Assembly (NCBI GenBank): GCA_963851265.1
Contig: CAWKNZ010000005.1
Location: 192,001 to 256,000 of the forward strand
Source: an uncultured Gemmatimonadales bacterium
GTDB lineage: Bacteria; Gemmatimonadota; Gemmatimonadetes; Gemmatimonadales; Gemmatimonadaceae
Direction: 5' to 3'
Length of the DNA stretch: 64,000 nucleotides
The notes under the pieces are model-generated. The model had not been told where the DNA came from and ran no database searches. It saw nothing but the letters and a program-made list of their open reading frames with translations. Made by a program: the position numbers and the translations under genes. Positions 31,538 through 46,797 of this stretch are shown here, piece after piece. Within the stretch, counting starts at the first letter, position 1. The number at the start of each line of letters is the position of its first letter.

Positions 31538-31954
31538 ATGCATCCGTTCATCGAAACTCAGAAGGAGTGGCTCCGCACCGTCCCCCCGTTCCGCGCCGGC
31601 GACACGCTGCGCGTGAACGTTCGCGTGAAGGAGGGCGAGAAGGAGCGCCTGCAGGCGTTCGAGGGGGTCTGCATCGCGCGTCGGGGCAGCGGCGTGAGCG
31701 CGACGTTCACGGTCCGTAAGATCTCGAACGGCGTGGGCGTCGAGCGCATCTTCCCGCTCCACAGCCCGATGCTCGGCGACATCACGGTGGTCCGCCGCGG
31801 CCTCGTGCGCCGCGCGAAGCTGTACTACCTGCGCAACGTGACGGGCAAGGCGGCGCGCATCCGCGAGCGCAAGGTCGTCAAGGGTGCCCGCTCGGGTTCG
31901 GCGGCGAGCGCCGCAGCGGCCGCGCCGACGCAGCCGCAGACGTCGCAGTCGTAA
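31538..31954 (+). CDS. rplS: 50S ribosomal protein L19
   Basis: [46 protein letters not shown]. Confidence 0.98.
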   Translation: MHPFIETQKEWLRTVPPFRAGDTLRVNVRVKEGEKERLQAFEGVCIARRGSGVSATFTVRKISNGVGVERIFPLHSPMLGDITVVRRGLVRRAKLYYLRNVTGKAARIRERKVVKGARSGSAASAAAAAPTQPQTSQS

Positions 31955-32670
31955 TGGCCGCGCGCGGCGTCCGGGCCGAGCGCCCGGGCGGCCTGCGCTG
32001 GAGCGAGGTCGAGCGCGAGTTGCAGCGGGTCCACGGGCCGCTGCTCGCCGCAGTCGACGAGGTCGGGCGGGGCCCCCTGGCGGGCCCCGTCGTCGTTTGC
32101 GCCCTCGTCATGCCCCCCGACGCGCCCGAGGTGCCGGGCGTCGACGATTCGAAGAAGCTCGCGCCGGCCGCGCGCGAGCGGGTCGCGGAGGCCGTGCGCG
32201 CGGCCGCCGTCGCCTGCGCGTTAGGCGCCGCGTCCGCGCGCGAGGTGGACGCCCTCAACGTCTACCACGCCACGGCGCTCGCGATGCGTCGGGCGCTCGC
32301 CGGGCTCGCGCGCCGGCTCGACGCGCGCGGGCTCGGGGCCGCGCCCGGGCACGTGCTCGTCGACGGCAAGCCGGTGCGGTCGTTGGGCGTGCCGCACACC
32401 GCGGTGGTCGGCGGCGACGCGCGGTGCTACGCGGTCGCGTGCGCGTCGGTGGTCGCGAAGGTGACGCGCGACCGGCTCATGCGCGCACTCGCCGCGCGTC
32501 ACGCGGCCTACGCGTGGGAGCGCAACGCCGGGTATCCGACGCCGGCGCACCGCGCCGCCCTCGGCGCGTTCGGACCCACCGCGCATCACCGGCGGAGCTT
32601 TCTCCACGGCGCGTCGGGCGCGGCGGGGACGTCGGAGCTGGCGCCGCGCGGCCTGACCCGCGGCCGGTAG
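31954..32670 (+). CDS. rnhB: Ribonuclease HII
   Basis: VDEVGRGPLAGPV, DDSKKL, VDG, GD, ASVVAKVTRD, GYPT, HRRSF. Confidence 0.94.
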   Translation: MAARGVRAERPGGLRWSEVERELQRVHGPLLAAVDEVGRGPLAGPVVVCALVMPPDAPEVPGVDDSKKLAPAARERVAEAVRAAAVACALGAASAREVDALNVYHATALAMRRALAGLARRLDARGLGAAPGHVLVDGKPVRSLGVPHTAVVGGDARCYAVACASVVAKVTRDRLMRALAARHAAYAWERNAGYPTPAHRAALGAFGPTAHHRRSFLHGASGAAGTSELAPRGLTRGR

Positions 32671-32893
32671 CGCCGGCGCTACGCCTAACGCGTCGGGCGT
32701 TAGTCCTGCTACGTCGCGCGGGCGACCGGGTGACGCGTGCCGCACGGGATGCGGCGGAGTCCGGCGTAGGACCGCCGGCGTGTGATGCGGGTCACCCGCG
32801 GGCGGGTGCGCTGGCCGTAGGTTCGCGTTGTCGGTCTACGAAGTCCGGGGCATCAGAGTCCCGCGTGCGACACTCACACCGTCGAGGATTCCT

Positions 32894-33520
32894 ATGAAGC
32901 GTTCCCTGCTCGCCGCCGCGCTCGCGTTCGGCGCCGTCTCCACCAGCGCCTGCGCCACGAAGGGCTACGTCAACCGCCAGGTCGAGGGCGCGGTGAGCGC
33001 CGAGCGACTCGCGCGGGCCAACGGGGACAGCACGAACGCCCGCGACATCGCGGCGGTGCGGGCGGACGTGCAGGGGCTGCGCGGGGACCTGCAGTCGCTG
33101 CGCACCGAGTTCGGCGCGCGTATCACGGCGATGGAGAATTCGGTGAAGTTCGACATGCCCGTACACTTCGCCTATGACAACTCGTCGGTCCGCACCGAAG
33201 ACGAGGCCGCGCTCGCGCGCTTCGCCGGCGTGGCGCAGAAGTATTACGGCGGGTCGGTGATCACGGTCGAGGGCTTCGCCGACAACGCGGGCTCGGAGCG
33301 CTACAACCTCGCGCTCTCGCAGCGCCGCGCCGACGCCGTGCGCGACTACCTCGTCAGCCACGGCCTGCAGCAGGCCCAGCTGAAGACCGTTGGCTACGGC
33401 AAGACCCGTCAGGTGCGTCCGGGCGCCGCGGGCGACGCGCCGGGCGCGGAGCTGAACCGCCGCGTCGTGTTCGTCGTCGAGGCCTCCGGCGCGTCGACCG
33501 TGACCGCGATGGCGCAGTAA
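32894..33520 (+). CDS. OmpA-like peptidoglycan-binding lipoprotein
   Basis: Lipobox TSAC; VEGFAD..YNLALSQRRADAV..GYG..NRRV. Confidence 0.92.
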   Translation: MKRSLLAAALAFGAVSTSACATKGYVNRQVEGAVSAERLARANGDSTNARDIAAVRADVQGLRGDLQSLRTEFGARITAMENSVKFDMPVHFAYDNSSVRTEDEAALARFAGVAQKYYGGSVITVEGFADNAGSERYNLALSQRRADAVRDYLVSHGLQQAQLKTVGYGKTRQVRPGAAGDAPGAELNRRVVFVVEASGASTVTAMAQ

Positions 33521-33540
33521 GTAGCAAGCTGTCGCCCATA

Positions 33541-33570
33541 GCGCCGGGACCGCGATCGCGGTCCCGGCGC
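33541..33570. terminator. 30-bp perfect palindrome after the ompA-like gene (terminator-like hairpin)
   Basis: GCGCCGGGACCGCGA|TCGCGGTCCCGGCGC. Confidence 0.6.
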
Positions 33571-33621
33571 GCGACTTGAAGGGGTGGGGAAGGGTACCCA
33601 GTGGGCGCTACCTTCTCCGCC

Positions 33622-35775
33622 ATGACAGATCTTCCTGCCAGCGCGCCGCCCGCGGGCGCCGTCCCCGACCGCCGCCGCGCGCGACCGGCGGCCGCGGCGA
33701 CCACGTTCCCGCCGATCATCGTCGATGCCGTGACCCCCGCCGTGGACGGCGGCCGGTTCGCGGTCAAGCGCCTCCTCGGCGACACCATCACCGTCGAGGC
33801 CAACGCGTTCAAGGACGGCCACGACAAGCTGCGCGCCCGCGTGCGCTACCGCGGGCCGACCGGCGCGTCGGGCGAACCCGGCGAGTGGCGCACGGCGCCG
33901 ATGCGTTACGACGACGCGACCGACCGGTGGGTCGGGGCGTTCACCGTGGACGCGATCGGGACGTGGACGTACACGGTCGAGGCGTGGACCGACACCTTCG
34001 AGACCTGGCGTTCGGGACTCGGCAAGAAGTACGAGGCGGGGCAGGACGTCTCGGTCGAACTGATCGAAGGCAGCCGGATGATCGACGCGGCCGCGCGCCG
34101 CACCCGCTTCGGCGCGGGCCGCCGCGCGCTCGAAACCGCGGCCCGTGCCCTCGGTGACACCGCGCAGAGTGCCGACGAGCGCGTACGTGCCGCGCTCGCC
34201 CCCGAGCTGCGCGCCGTGATGGCCGAACACGCGCCGCCGTCGGACCTCACCGCGTACGCGCGCGAGCTACCGCTGCTTGTCGAGCGCCGGCGCGCGGGAT
34301 TCGCGGCGTGGTACGAGTTCTTCCCGCGTTCCGCGACCGACGACCCGGCCGTCCACGGCACGTTCCAGCAGGCCGAAGCGATGCTGCCGCGCATCGCCGC
34401 GCTCGGCTTCGACGTGGTCTACCTGCCGCCCGTCCACCCCATCGGCGTCACGTTCCGCAAGGGCAAGAACAACTCGCTCGAGGCCGGGCCCGACGACGTG
34501 GGCAGCCCGTGGGCGATCGGCGGCGAGGCGGGCGGGCACACCGCCGTGCACCCGCAGTTAGGCACCATCGAGGACTTCGACCGCTTCGTCGCGCGCGCCG
34601 CCGAGCTCGGCCTCGAGGTCGCGCTCGACTACGCGCTGCAGTGCTCGCCCGACCACCCCTGGGTGAAGGAGCACCCAGACTGGTTCCGCGCCCGCGCCGA
34701 CGGGTCCATCGCCTACGCCGAGAACCCGCCGAAGAAGTACCAGGACATCTACCCGCTCGACTTCTGGACGGCCGACCGCGAGGCGCTGTGGAACGCGTGC
34801 CGCGACGCCCTGCTGTTCTGGGCGGAGCACGGCGTGCGCACGTTCCGCGTCGACAACCCGCACACGAAACCGTTCGCGTTCTGGGAGTGGGTGATGGCCG
34901 AGGTGCGGCGCACGTACCCGGACGTGGTGTTCCTGGCCGAGGCGTTCACGCGGCCCAACAAGATGCTGCACCTCGCCAAGGCGGGCTTCTCGCAGTCGTA
35001 CACGTATTTCACGTGGAAGACCGAGAAGTGGCAGATCGAGCAGTGGCTGGCGGAGTTCCTGTCACCCGCGGTGACCGAGTACCACCGCGGGAATCTGTTT
35101 CCCAACACCCCGGACATCCTGCACGAGTCGCTCGTCGCGGGCGGCCGGCCGATGTTCCGGCAGCGTCTCGTCCTCGCCGGCACGCTGAGCCCCGTGTGGG
35201 GGATGTACAGCGGTTTCGAGCTGTGCGAGAACGTGCCCGTGCGCCCGGGCAGTGAGGAGTACCTCGACAGCGAGAAGTACCAGATTCGCGTGCGCGACTA
35301 CGCGCAGCCCGGCAACCTCGACGCCGACGTCCTGCGCATCAACCGCATCCGGCACGCCGAGCCCGCACTGCAGCGGCAGGACAACCTCACCTTCCACCCC
35401 ATCAGCGACGACCGGATGCTGTTCTTCCGGAAGGCCGGGCGTGAGGGAATCGAGGCCGACCTCCTCGTCGCGGTGAACCTCGACCCGCACGCGGTGCGCT
35501 ACGCGTGGGTGGAGGTGCCGATCGCCGCGATGAACATCGGGCCCGACGAGTCGTACGAAGTGGAGGACCTGCTCACGGGCGCGCGCTACACGTGGCGCGG
35601 CGCGCACAATTTCGTGCGGCTCAACCCGTGGCACGAGCCGGCGCACGTGCTGCGAGTGGCGCCGCGCGCGCCGCGGTACCGGCCGCCCGCGCCCGGGCTC
35701 GACACGGACGCACACGGGCAGCCCGTCCCGGACCCGTCGCCCACGGCGGCGGTCGGGTCGACGCCGGCCGCTTGA
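33622..35775 (+). CDS. glgE: Alpha-1,4-glucan:maltose-1-phosphate maltosyltransferase
   Basis: WYEFFPRS, RKGKNN, GSPWAIG, AENPPKKYQDIYP, FRVDNPHTKP, FSQSYTYFTW, PNTPDIL, SEKYQ. Confidence 0.95.
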   Translation: MTDLPASAPPAGAVPDRRRARPAAAATTFPPIIVDAVTPAVDGGRFAVKRLLGDTITVEANAFKDGHDKLRARVRYRGPTGASGEPGEWRTAPMRYDDATDRWVGAFTVDAIGTWTYTVEAWTDTFETWRSGLGKKYEAGQDVSVELIEGSRMIDAAARRTRFGAGRRALETAARALGDTAQSADERVRAALAPELRAVMAEHAPPSDLTAYARELPLLVERRRAGFAAWYEFFPRSATDDPAVHGTFQQAEAMLPRIAALGFDVVYLPPVHPIGVTFRKGKNNSLEAGPDDVGSPWAIGGEAGGHTAVHPQLGTIEDFDRFVARAAELGLEVALDYALQCSPDHPWVKEHPDWFRARADGSIAYAENPPKKYQDIYPLDFWTADREALWNACRDALLFWAEHGVRTFRVDNPHTKPFAFWEWVMAEVRRTYPDVVFLAEAFTRPNKMLHLAKAGFSQSYTYFTWKTEKWQIEQWLAEFLSPAVTEYHRGNLFPNTPDILHESLVAGGRPMFRQRLVLAGTLSPVWGMYSGFELCENVPVRPGSEEYLDSEKYQIRVRDYAQPGNLDADVLRINRIRHAEPALQRQDNLTFHPISDDRMLFFRKAGREGIEADLLVAVNLDPHAVRYAWVEVPIAAMNIGPDESYEVEDLLTGARYTWRGAHNFVRLNPWHEPAHVLRVAPRAPRYRPPAPGLDTDAHGQPVPDPSPTAAVGSTPAA

Positions 35776-35813
35776 CCTCGGGGGGTGACCTCGGGGGTTT
35801 GACCTCGGGGTGA
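35773..35813. repeat. TGACCTCGGGG x3 direct repeat starting at the glgE stop codon
   Basis: Copies at 35773, 35786 and 35800. Confidence 0.8.
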
Positions 35814-35880
35814 GCACCGCGCGGCCCCCGACCGCACCGCGCACGCCTTCGTTGCTCCACGACGTCCCGCACTGCCAGAC

Positions 35881-37607
<1,727 letters not shown>

Positions 37608-37611
<4 letters not shown>

Positions 37612-39254
37612 GCTTCTGGCGCCGAACGCCGGCCAGCGGCGAAGCGGCCGAGGACCCGCGCCCGGACGTGACGCCCTACGGCGCACGGCGCGGTGCGCCG
37701 GGTGCGCGGCCGCCGGGAGCGCCCTGGAGCGCGGGACTGCCTGGGCGCAGTGGCGTGCTGAACGAAGCCGCCGTCGCGGCCTACGTCGCGCGCCAGCGGT
37801 GGGCGGGCGCGAGGGGCGCGCGGTTGGCCGACGTGCGCATCGAAACGTTGATCCCGCTCGACGACGTGCCCGCGTTCGCCGCCGCGCGCCCCGCCGCGGT
37901 GGCTGTGGTCACGGCCACGCTCGGCGACACACCGGTGCGCTACCAGCTTCCGCTCGCGAGTCGCGGCGTGTCGGGAGCCGGCGACGCGGCGGGCGCCGCG
38001 GTCGAGGGTGACGTGATCTGCTACGCCGGGCAGACGCCGCGTGCGGTCGTCGACGGCGCGCACGACGCGGCGTTCCGCGCCGCGCTTCTCGCCGCGTGCG
38101 CGGCCGGCGCCGCGACCGAGGCGACCGACGACCACGGCCACGCGCCGCGATGGGTGGCGACCCGCGTGCGGCCGGGTGGCGCGCTCGCCGGCTCCGACGC
38201 GTGGCTCGACGACGCAACGGAGGTGGCCGCGGCCGGCGCTGCCGGACGCGTCGGATCGGCGGAGCAGAGCAACACCTCGGTCCTTTACGGGGGACGTGCG
38301 ATCCTCAAGCTGTTCCGGCGACTCGAACGCGGTGCGCACCCCGACGTCGAGATCGGCGCGTTCCTGGCCGAACGTGGATTCCCGCACGTGCCGGCGCTGC
38401 TCGGCACGATCGCGCTCCGCGACGCGGACGGGGAGAGCGTCGCGGGGATGTTGCAGGCGCTGGTGCCTGGGGCGGAGGACGCGTGGGCGCACGCCGTACG
38501 CGCGGCCGCGGACGCGCTCGCCGGACGCGGCGCGCTGACGGCGTACGCGGAAGAGGCGGGGCGGTTGGGGGCGGTCACGCGTGCGCTGCACGACGCGCTC
38601 GCGAGCGACCCCGCGCAGCCCGATTTCGCGCCGGAGCCGGCGCAGATGGGCGACGTGCGGCGGTGGGCGCAGGGCGCGCACGCGGCCTACGACGCGATGC
38701 GGGTGGCCGCCGAGTCGGGGGGCACGGCCCTTCCGGACGCGGTGCGAGACCGCGCGGGCACGCTCGAGCGGGTGGACGCGATCGCGGCGGCCGCCGCGGA
38801 CGACGCCGGCGCTGCCATCCGTCACCACGGCGACTACCACCTCGGGCAGGTGCTCCGCGCGGCGGACGGAACGCTGTTCGTCGTGGATTTCGAGGGCGAG
38901 CCGGCGCGGCCGCTCGTGGAACGGCGGCGCAAGCACTCGCCGTTGCGCGACGTCGCCGGGATGCTTCGGTCGTTCGCGTACGCGGCCGCGTTCGCTGCGC
39001 GAGAGGCGGGCGGCACGGCGTCGAGCGAACAGGCGGACGCTTGGGAACGCGCGGCGCGCGCCGCGTACCTCGGCGCATACTTCGCGCCCGGTGCGGCGTC
39101 GTACCTGCCGCGCACGCGCGCGGCTGCGGACGCCCTCGTCGCGCTGTTCGAGACCGAGAAGCTGTTCTACGAGCTGCGCTACGAGCTGAACAACCGCCCC
39201 GATTGGGTGGACATTCCGCTCCGCGGACTCACGCGTGGCGACGGGTGGGGCTGA
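37608..39254 (+). CDS. mak: Maltokinase (Mak/Pep2)
   Basis: [54 protein letters not shown]; true start may be downstream. Confidence 0.88.
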
Positions 39255-39490
39255 GCAGGGGCGCTGGGCGCGGGCGGCGTGCGCAGCGCCGGGGCTGCGG
39301 CCCGGCGCGGACGGTGCAATAGGTTCCGCTCGCGCGGCGGCCGTCTCACGGCCGCCGACGCGTCACGTCCCCGCTCGCTTCGACCTCTCGTGCTCCTGCT
39401 CGTCGCGCGTTCGCTCGTCCTCACCGCCCCGCCGGTCGGCAGGGTCCTGGCCTTCTCTGCCGCGCCGGCTGTATCGGGCGCCCGCTTCTG

Positions 39491-42057
39491 ATGCGCGTCT
39501 GGCCCGGTCAACCGTACCCGCTCGGCGCCTCGTGGGACGGCGGCGGCGTCAACTTCGCGCTCTTCTCGGAGAACGCCACGGGCGTCGACCTCTGCCTGTT
39601 CGACGCGCCCGACGACGCGCGCGAGCGGCTGCGGATCCCGCTGCGCGAGCGCAGCGATCAGGTGTGGCACTGCTACCTCCCCGACGTGCGCCCGGGGCAG
39701 CTCTACGGCTACCGCGTGCACGGGCCGTACGCGCCCAAGCACGGCCACCGCTTCAACCCGGCCAAGCTGCTCATCGACCCGTACACCAAGGCGGTGAGCA
39801 ACAGCATCCGCTGGAGCGACGCGCTGTTCGCGTACCAGGTGGGGAGCCCGCGCGAGGACCTCACGCTGAATCGCGACGAGGAGACGTCTGGGGCGGTGAA
39901 GTGCGTGGTCATCGACGACGCGTTCACCTGGGGGGACGACCGGCCGCCGCGCACGCCGTGGAACCGCACGGTGATCTACGAGGCGCACGTGAAGGGGATG
40001 ACCGTCGCGCACCCGGAGCTCGACCCCAAGGTCCGCGGCACGTACCTCGGGCTCTGTACCGACCCGATCCTCGACCACCTGCAATCGTTAGGCGTGACCG
40101 CGCTGGAGCTGCTCCCCGTGCACCACGCCGTGGTCGACCGGCAGCTGGCCGACAAGGGGCTGACCAACTACTGGGGCTACAACTCGATCGCCTTCCTCGC
40201 CCCCGACATCCGCTACGCCAGCGAGGGCGCGACGCGCGGGCAGCAGGTGTACGAGTTCAAGACGATGGTGAAGAAGCTGCACGCGGCGGGGATCGAGGTG
40301 ATCCTCGACGTCGTGTACAACCACACCGGCGAGGGAAACCACCTCGGGCCGACGCTCTCGCTGCGCGGGGTCGACAACAAGGCGTACTACCGCCTCGTGC
40401 CGGGGGACGAGCGGTACTACATGGACTTCACCGGGACGGGCAACTCGCTCAACATGATGCACCCGCGGACGATCCAGCTGATCATGGATTCGCTCCGCTA
40501 CTGGGTGACCGAGATGCACGTGGACGGTTTCCGGTTCGACCTGGCGCCGGTGCTCGCGCGCGAGCTGTTCGAGGTGAACCGGCTGTCGGCGTTCTTCGAC
40601 ATCATCCACCAGGACCCGATCCTGAGCCGGGTGAAGTTGATCGCCGAGCCGTGGGACGTCGGGCCCGGCGGCTACCAGGCCGGCAACTTCCCCGTCGGGT
40701 GGGCGGAGTGGAACGGGCAGTACCGCGACTGCGTGCGGCGCTTCTGGCGCGGCGACCAGGGCGTGGTGCCCGAACTGGCGAGCCGGCTGTCGGGGTCGAG
40801 CGACGTGTACGCGTGGAGCGACCGCGCCGCGTACGCGAGCGTCAACTTCGTGACTGCGCACGACGGCTACACGCTGCGCGACCTCGTCAGCTACGAGCGC
40901 AAGCACAACGAGGCGAACGGCGAGGGCAACCGCGACGGGCACGACGACAACCTCTCGCGCAACTGGGGGCAGGAGGGCGAGACCGACGACGCCGCGGTGA
41001 ACGCGCGGCGGCGGCGCGCGATGCGGAACTTCATCGCCACGCTCGCCTTCTCGCAGGGCGTGCCGATGTTGTCGCACGGCGACGAAGTCGCGCGCACGCA
41101 GCGCGGCAACAACAACGCGTACGCGCAGGACAACGCCCTGTCGTGGGTCGACTGGGACCTGGCGCCGTGGCAGGACGAGCTGCGCGAGTTCACGCAGCGG
41201 GTGATCGCCATCCGCCACGCGAACCCGGTGCTGCGGCGGCGCAGCTTCTTCCGCGGCCGCCCGATCGGCGCGGCCGGGGCGAAGGACCTCGCGTGGGTGC
41301 GCCCGGACGGGGCCGAGATGACGCAGGGCGACTGGAACGACCGGACGCGCCGCGTGCTCGGGATGCTCATCAACGGCGATGCGGCGGACGAGACCGACGA
41401 CCGCGGTCGCCCGGTTAAGGGGGACACGATGCTGCTCGTGCTCAACGGCGGGTTCGACCCGGTGGAGTTCACCCTTCCCGTGGTGGCCGGCGCGGACGCC
41501 GCACACGGCGATCACCAGAACGGCGACCACCAGAACGGCGCCCACGAGCCCGGGTCGTGGGCGACGCTCATCGACACGGCGCACGACGGGTCGCGCGGCG
41601 AGGCGCAGGGCGCGTCGGTGCACGTGGACGGCTTCTCGCTCGTGCTCCTGCGCTACGGGCTCGAGCGGCGCCTCGCGCTCTCGGACCCGGCCGAGGCGGC
41701 GCTCGTCAACACGCTGGCGGTCAGCGGCCGCGGCGCGTTCACCGGCGGTTCGGGCCCGACGCGCGACGTCGACCCCGCGAGTCCCGAGGCGCACGAGCCG
41801 CGCGATCCGGCGTCGGCGGGCGTGCCGACCCCGATTCCTGCCGTCCCGCTCGCGGCGCAGGCGACCACTACCGGGCCGAAGAAGCCGTCGGAGTACGTTC
41901 CACCCGAGGCGCGCTCCGAAGACCCGGACGATGAGACGACGACGGCGTCCGGGGACGGGGCGGTCGAGGGCGCGGCGACCGCGCCGGACGCCCCCGCACC
42001 CCGGGCGTCCGCAGCAGACGCGGCCGCGCCGGATGCGCGGGACGCCGAGGGCGCGTC

Positions 42058-42061
<4 letters not shown>
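39491..42061 (+). CDS. glgX: Glycogen debranching enzyme / isoamylase
   Basis: PYPLGA, NYWGYN, DVVYNHT, DGFRFDLA, AEPWD, VTAHDG; low-complexity C-terminal tail. Confidence 0.96.
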
Positions 42062-44533
<2,472 letters not shown>

Positions 44534-44541
<8 letters not shown>

Positions 44542-46756
44542 GGCGCTCTCGCTGCGCGCGCTGGCCGCGTACGTCGGCGTGCTGCCGGGGTACACGGCGA
44601 TGGACGGTGAGTACCGCGCGGCGTCGGACGCCGCGCGCGAGCGGATCCTCGCCGCACTGGGGCACGACGCGCACGATGCGCCGGCCGCGCGCGGCACCCT
44701 GCGGATGCTGTTGGCCGACGCGCGCGCGCGTCCGATCGCGGAGTCGCGAGTGGTGGTCGCGGGCGCGGAGGCGCGCGCCGTGCGCGTGCGCCTCGAGGCC
44801 GCGCCGTGCGACCTCGTCGACTGGACGCTCGCGCTCACGCTCGAAGACGGGAGCACGCACGAGGCCGCGGGCCGCGCGCCGGTCGAGGCGCGCGGCCCGC
44901 GCGCGGGCGTGGTCGCGCTCGACCTGCCCGTGGACCCGCCACTCGGCTACCACACGCTGCGCGTCACGGTGGACGGCGCGGGCGAGCGGCGCGAGGCGGC
45001 GCAGCACCTGATCGTCGTCCCGCCGCGCTGCGCGTCGCCGGCGGCGGTGCTCCGCGGCGAGCGCGTGGCCGGGGTCACCGCCAGCCTCTACGCCGTGCGG
45101 AGCGCGCGCAACTGGGGCGCGGGCGACCTCACCGACCTCGGCGCGCTCGTCGGCCTCACCGCGGACCACGGCGGCGCGTTCGTCGGCGTGAACCCGCTCC
45201 ACGCGCTCCGCACGTCCGGCCACGAGCCGAGCCCGTACGGGCCCGTGAGCCGCGTCTTCCGGCACCTCCTCTACCTCGACGTCGACGCCGTGCCCGAACT
45301 GGCGCACGACGCCGACGCGCGCGCGCTCCGCGGCGACCCGGCGCTGGCCGAGACGTTAGGCACGCTCCGCGCGGCCGACCGGGTGGACCACTCGGCGGTC
45401 CTCGCCGCGAAGCGGCCGGTGCTCGAGGCGCTCCACCGCGCGTTCCGCCGGCTGCCGGCGAGCGCCCCCCGCCGGCGCGCCTACGACGCGTACGCGGCGG
45501 AGCAGGGCGACGCGCTCGACCGATACGCGACTTTCCAGGCGCTCGACGAGGACTTCCGCGGGGAAGGCCTCGGGTGGTGGCCGGAGTGGCCGGCCGAGCT
45601 GCAAAACGCGGCGGGTGACGCGGTGCGGGCGCTCGCGGCGGAGCACGCCGAGGCGGTCGACTTCCACCGCTGGGTGCAGTTCGAGCTCGACGCGCAGCTC
45701 GGCGCGGCCGCGGCGCGCGCGCGCGGGCGCGGGCTGCCGGTCGGATTGTACCAGGACCTCGCGGTCGGCGTCTCGCCCGCCGGGGGCGACGTCTGGGGGG
45801 AACGCGCGCTCTTCGTCACCGGCGTGTCGCTCGGCGCGCCCCCCGACGCGTTAGGCCCGGACGGGCAGAACTGGGGCCTGCCGCCGATGAACCCGCGCCG
45901 GCTCGCGAGCGGCGGCTACGCGCCGTGGGTGCGGCTCGTGCGCAGCGCCATGCGCCATGCGGGCGCGCTGCGCATCGACCACGCGATCGGGATCTTCCGC
46001 CAGTTCTGGATCCCGGAGGGGAGTACGGGGCGTGACGGCGCGTACATGCGCATGCCCGCCGACGATCTGTTGGGCATCCTCGCGCTCGAGAGCGTGCGCG
46101 CGAACGGCGGCGCGGGCGCCCTGGTCGTCGGCGAGGACCTCGGCACGGTGCCTCCCGAGGTGGCGCCCGGGCTCGCGCGGTGGGGCGTGCTGTCGAGCAA
46201 GGTGCTGTACTTCGAACGCGGCGAGCACGGCACGTTCACTCCGCCGCGCACCTACGCGCGCACCGCGCTCGCGACCGTCAACACGCACGACCTCGCGACG
46301 CTCGCGGGGTGGTGGGCCGGGCGCGACGTGTCGCTCCGGCGCGAACTCGAGCTGGCGACCGACGAGGAAACCGAAGTCGCGCGCGGGGACCGGGCGCGCG
46401 AGCGGGCGCAGCTCGTGCGGCTTCTCGTCGGCGAGGGTGTCCTGGACCCGGCGGCGGTCGAGGGCGCGGAGCACGGCGAGATCCCGGACGCGCTCGAGGC
46501 GGAGGCGCTCGACGACCTGGTGCTCCGCTCGGCGGTGCACGCGGCGCTGCGGCGCGCGCCGAGCTGGATGGTCGGGCTCGCGCTCGAGGACCTCGTCGGC
46601 GAGACGGAGCCGGTGAACCTGCCCGGGGTGGGACCGGACAAGTTCTCGAGCTGGACGCGGCGGCTGCGGATGCCGTTGGAGGCGGCCGCGACCGATCCGG
46701 GGGTGGCGCGGGCGTTCGGAGTGGAGCGGGTCTGGACCGTCCCTCCCCACGCCTGA
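44534..46756 (+). CDS. malQ: 4-alpha-glucanotransferase (amylomaltase, GH77)
   Basis: ATG at 44534; SPY, YQDLAVG, GAPPD, GQNWGLPP, RIDH, GEDLG, THD, NLPG. Confidence 0.94.
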
Positions 46757-46797
46757 CCGTTCGCCGTCGACGTCCCGAGCACGCGTGCGGTGCTGGA

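Noticed and set aside
35773..35813. Possible CRISPR mini-array
   Set aside because: Units are 11 bp with 2-3-bp gaps, no spacers and no cas genes.
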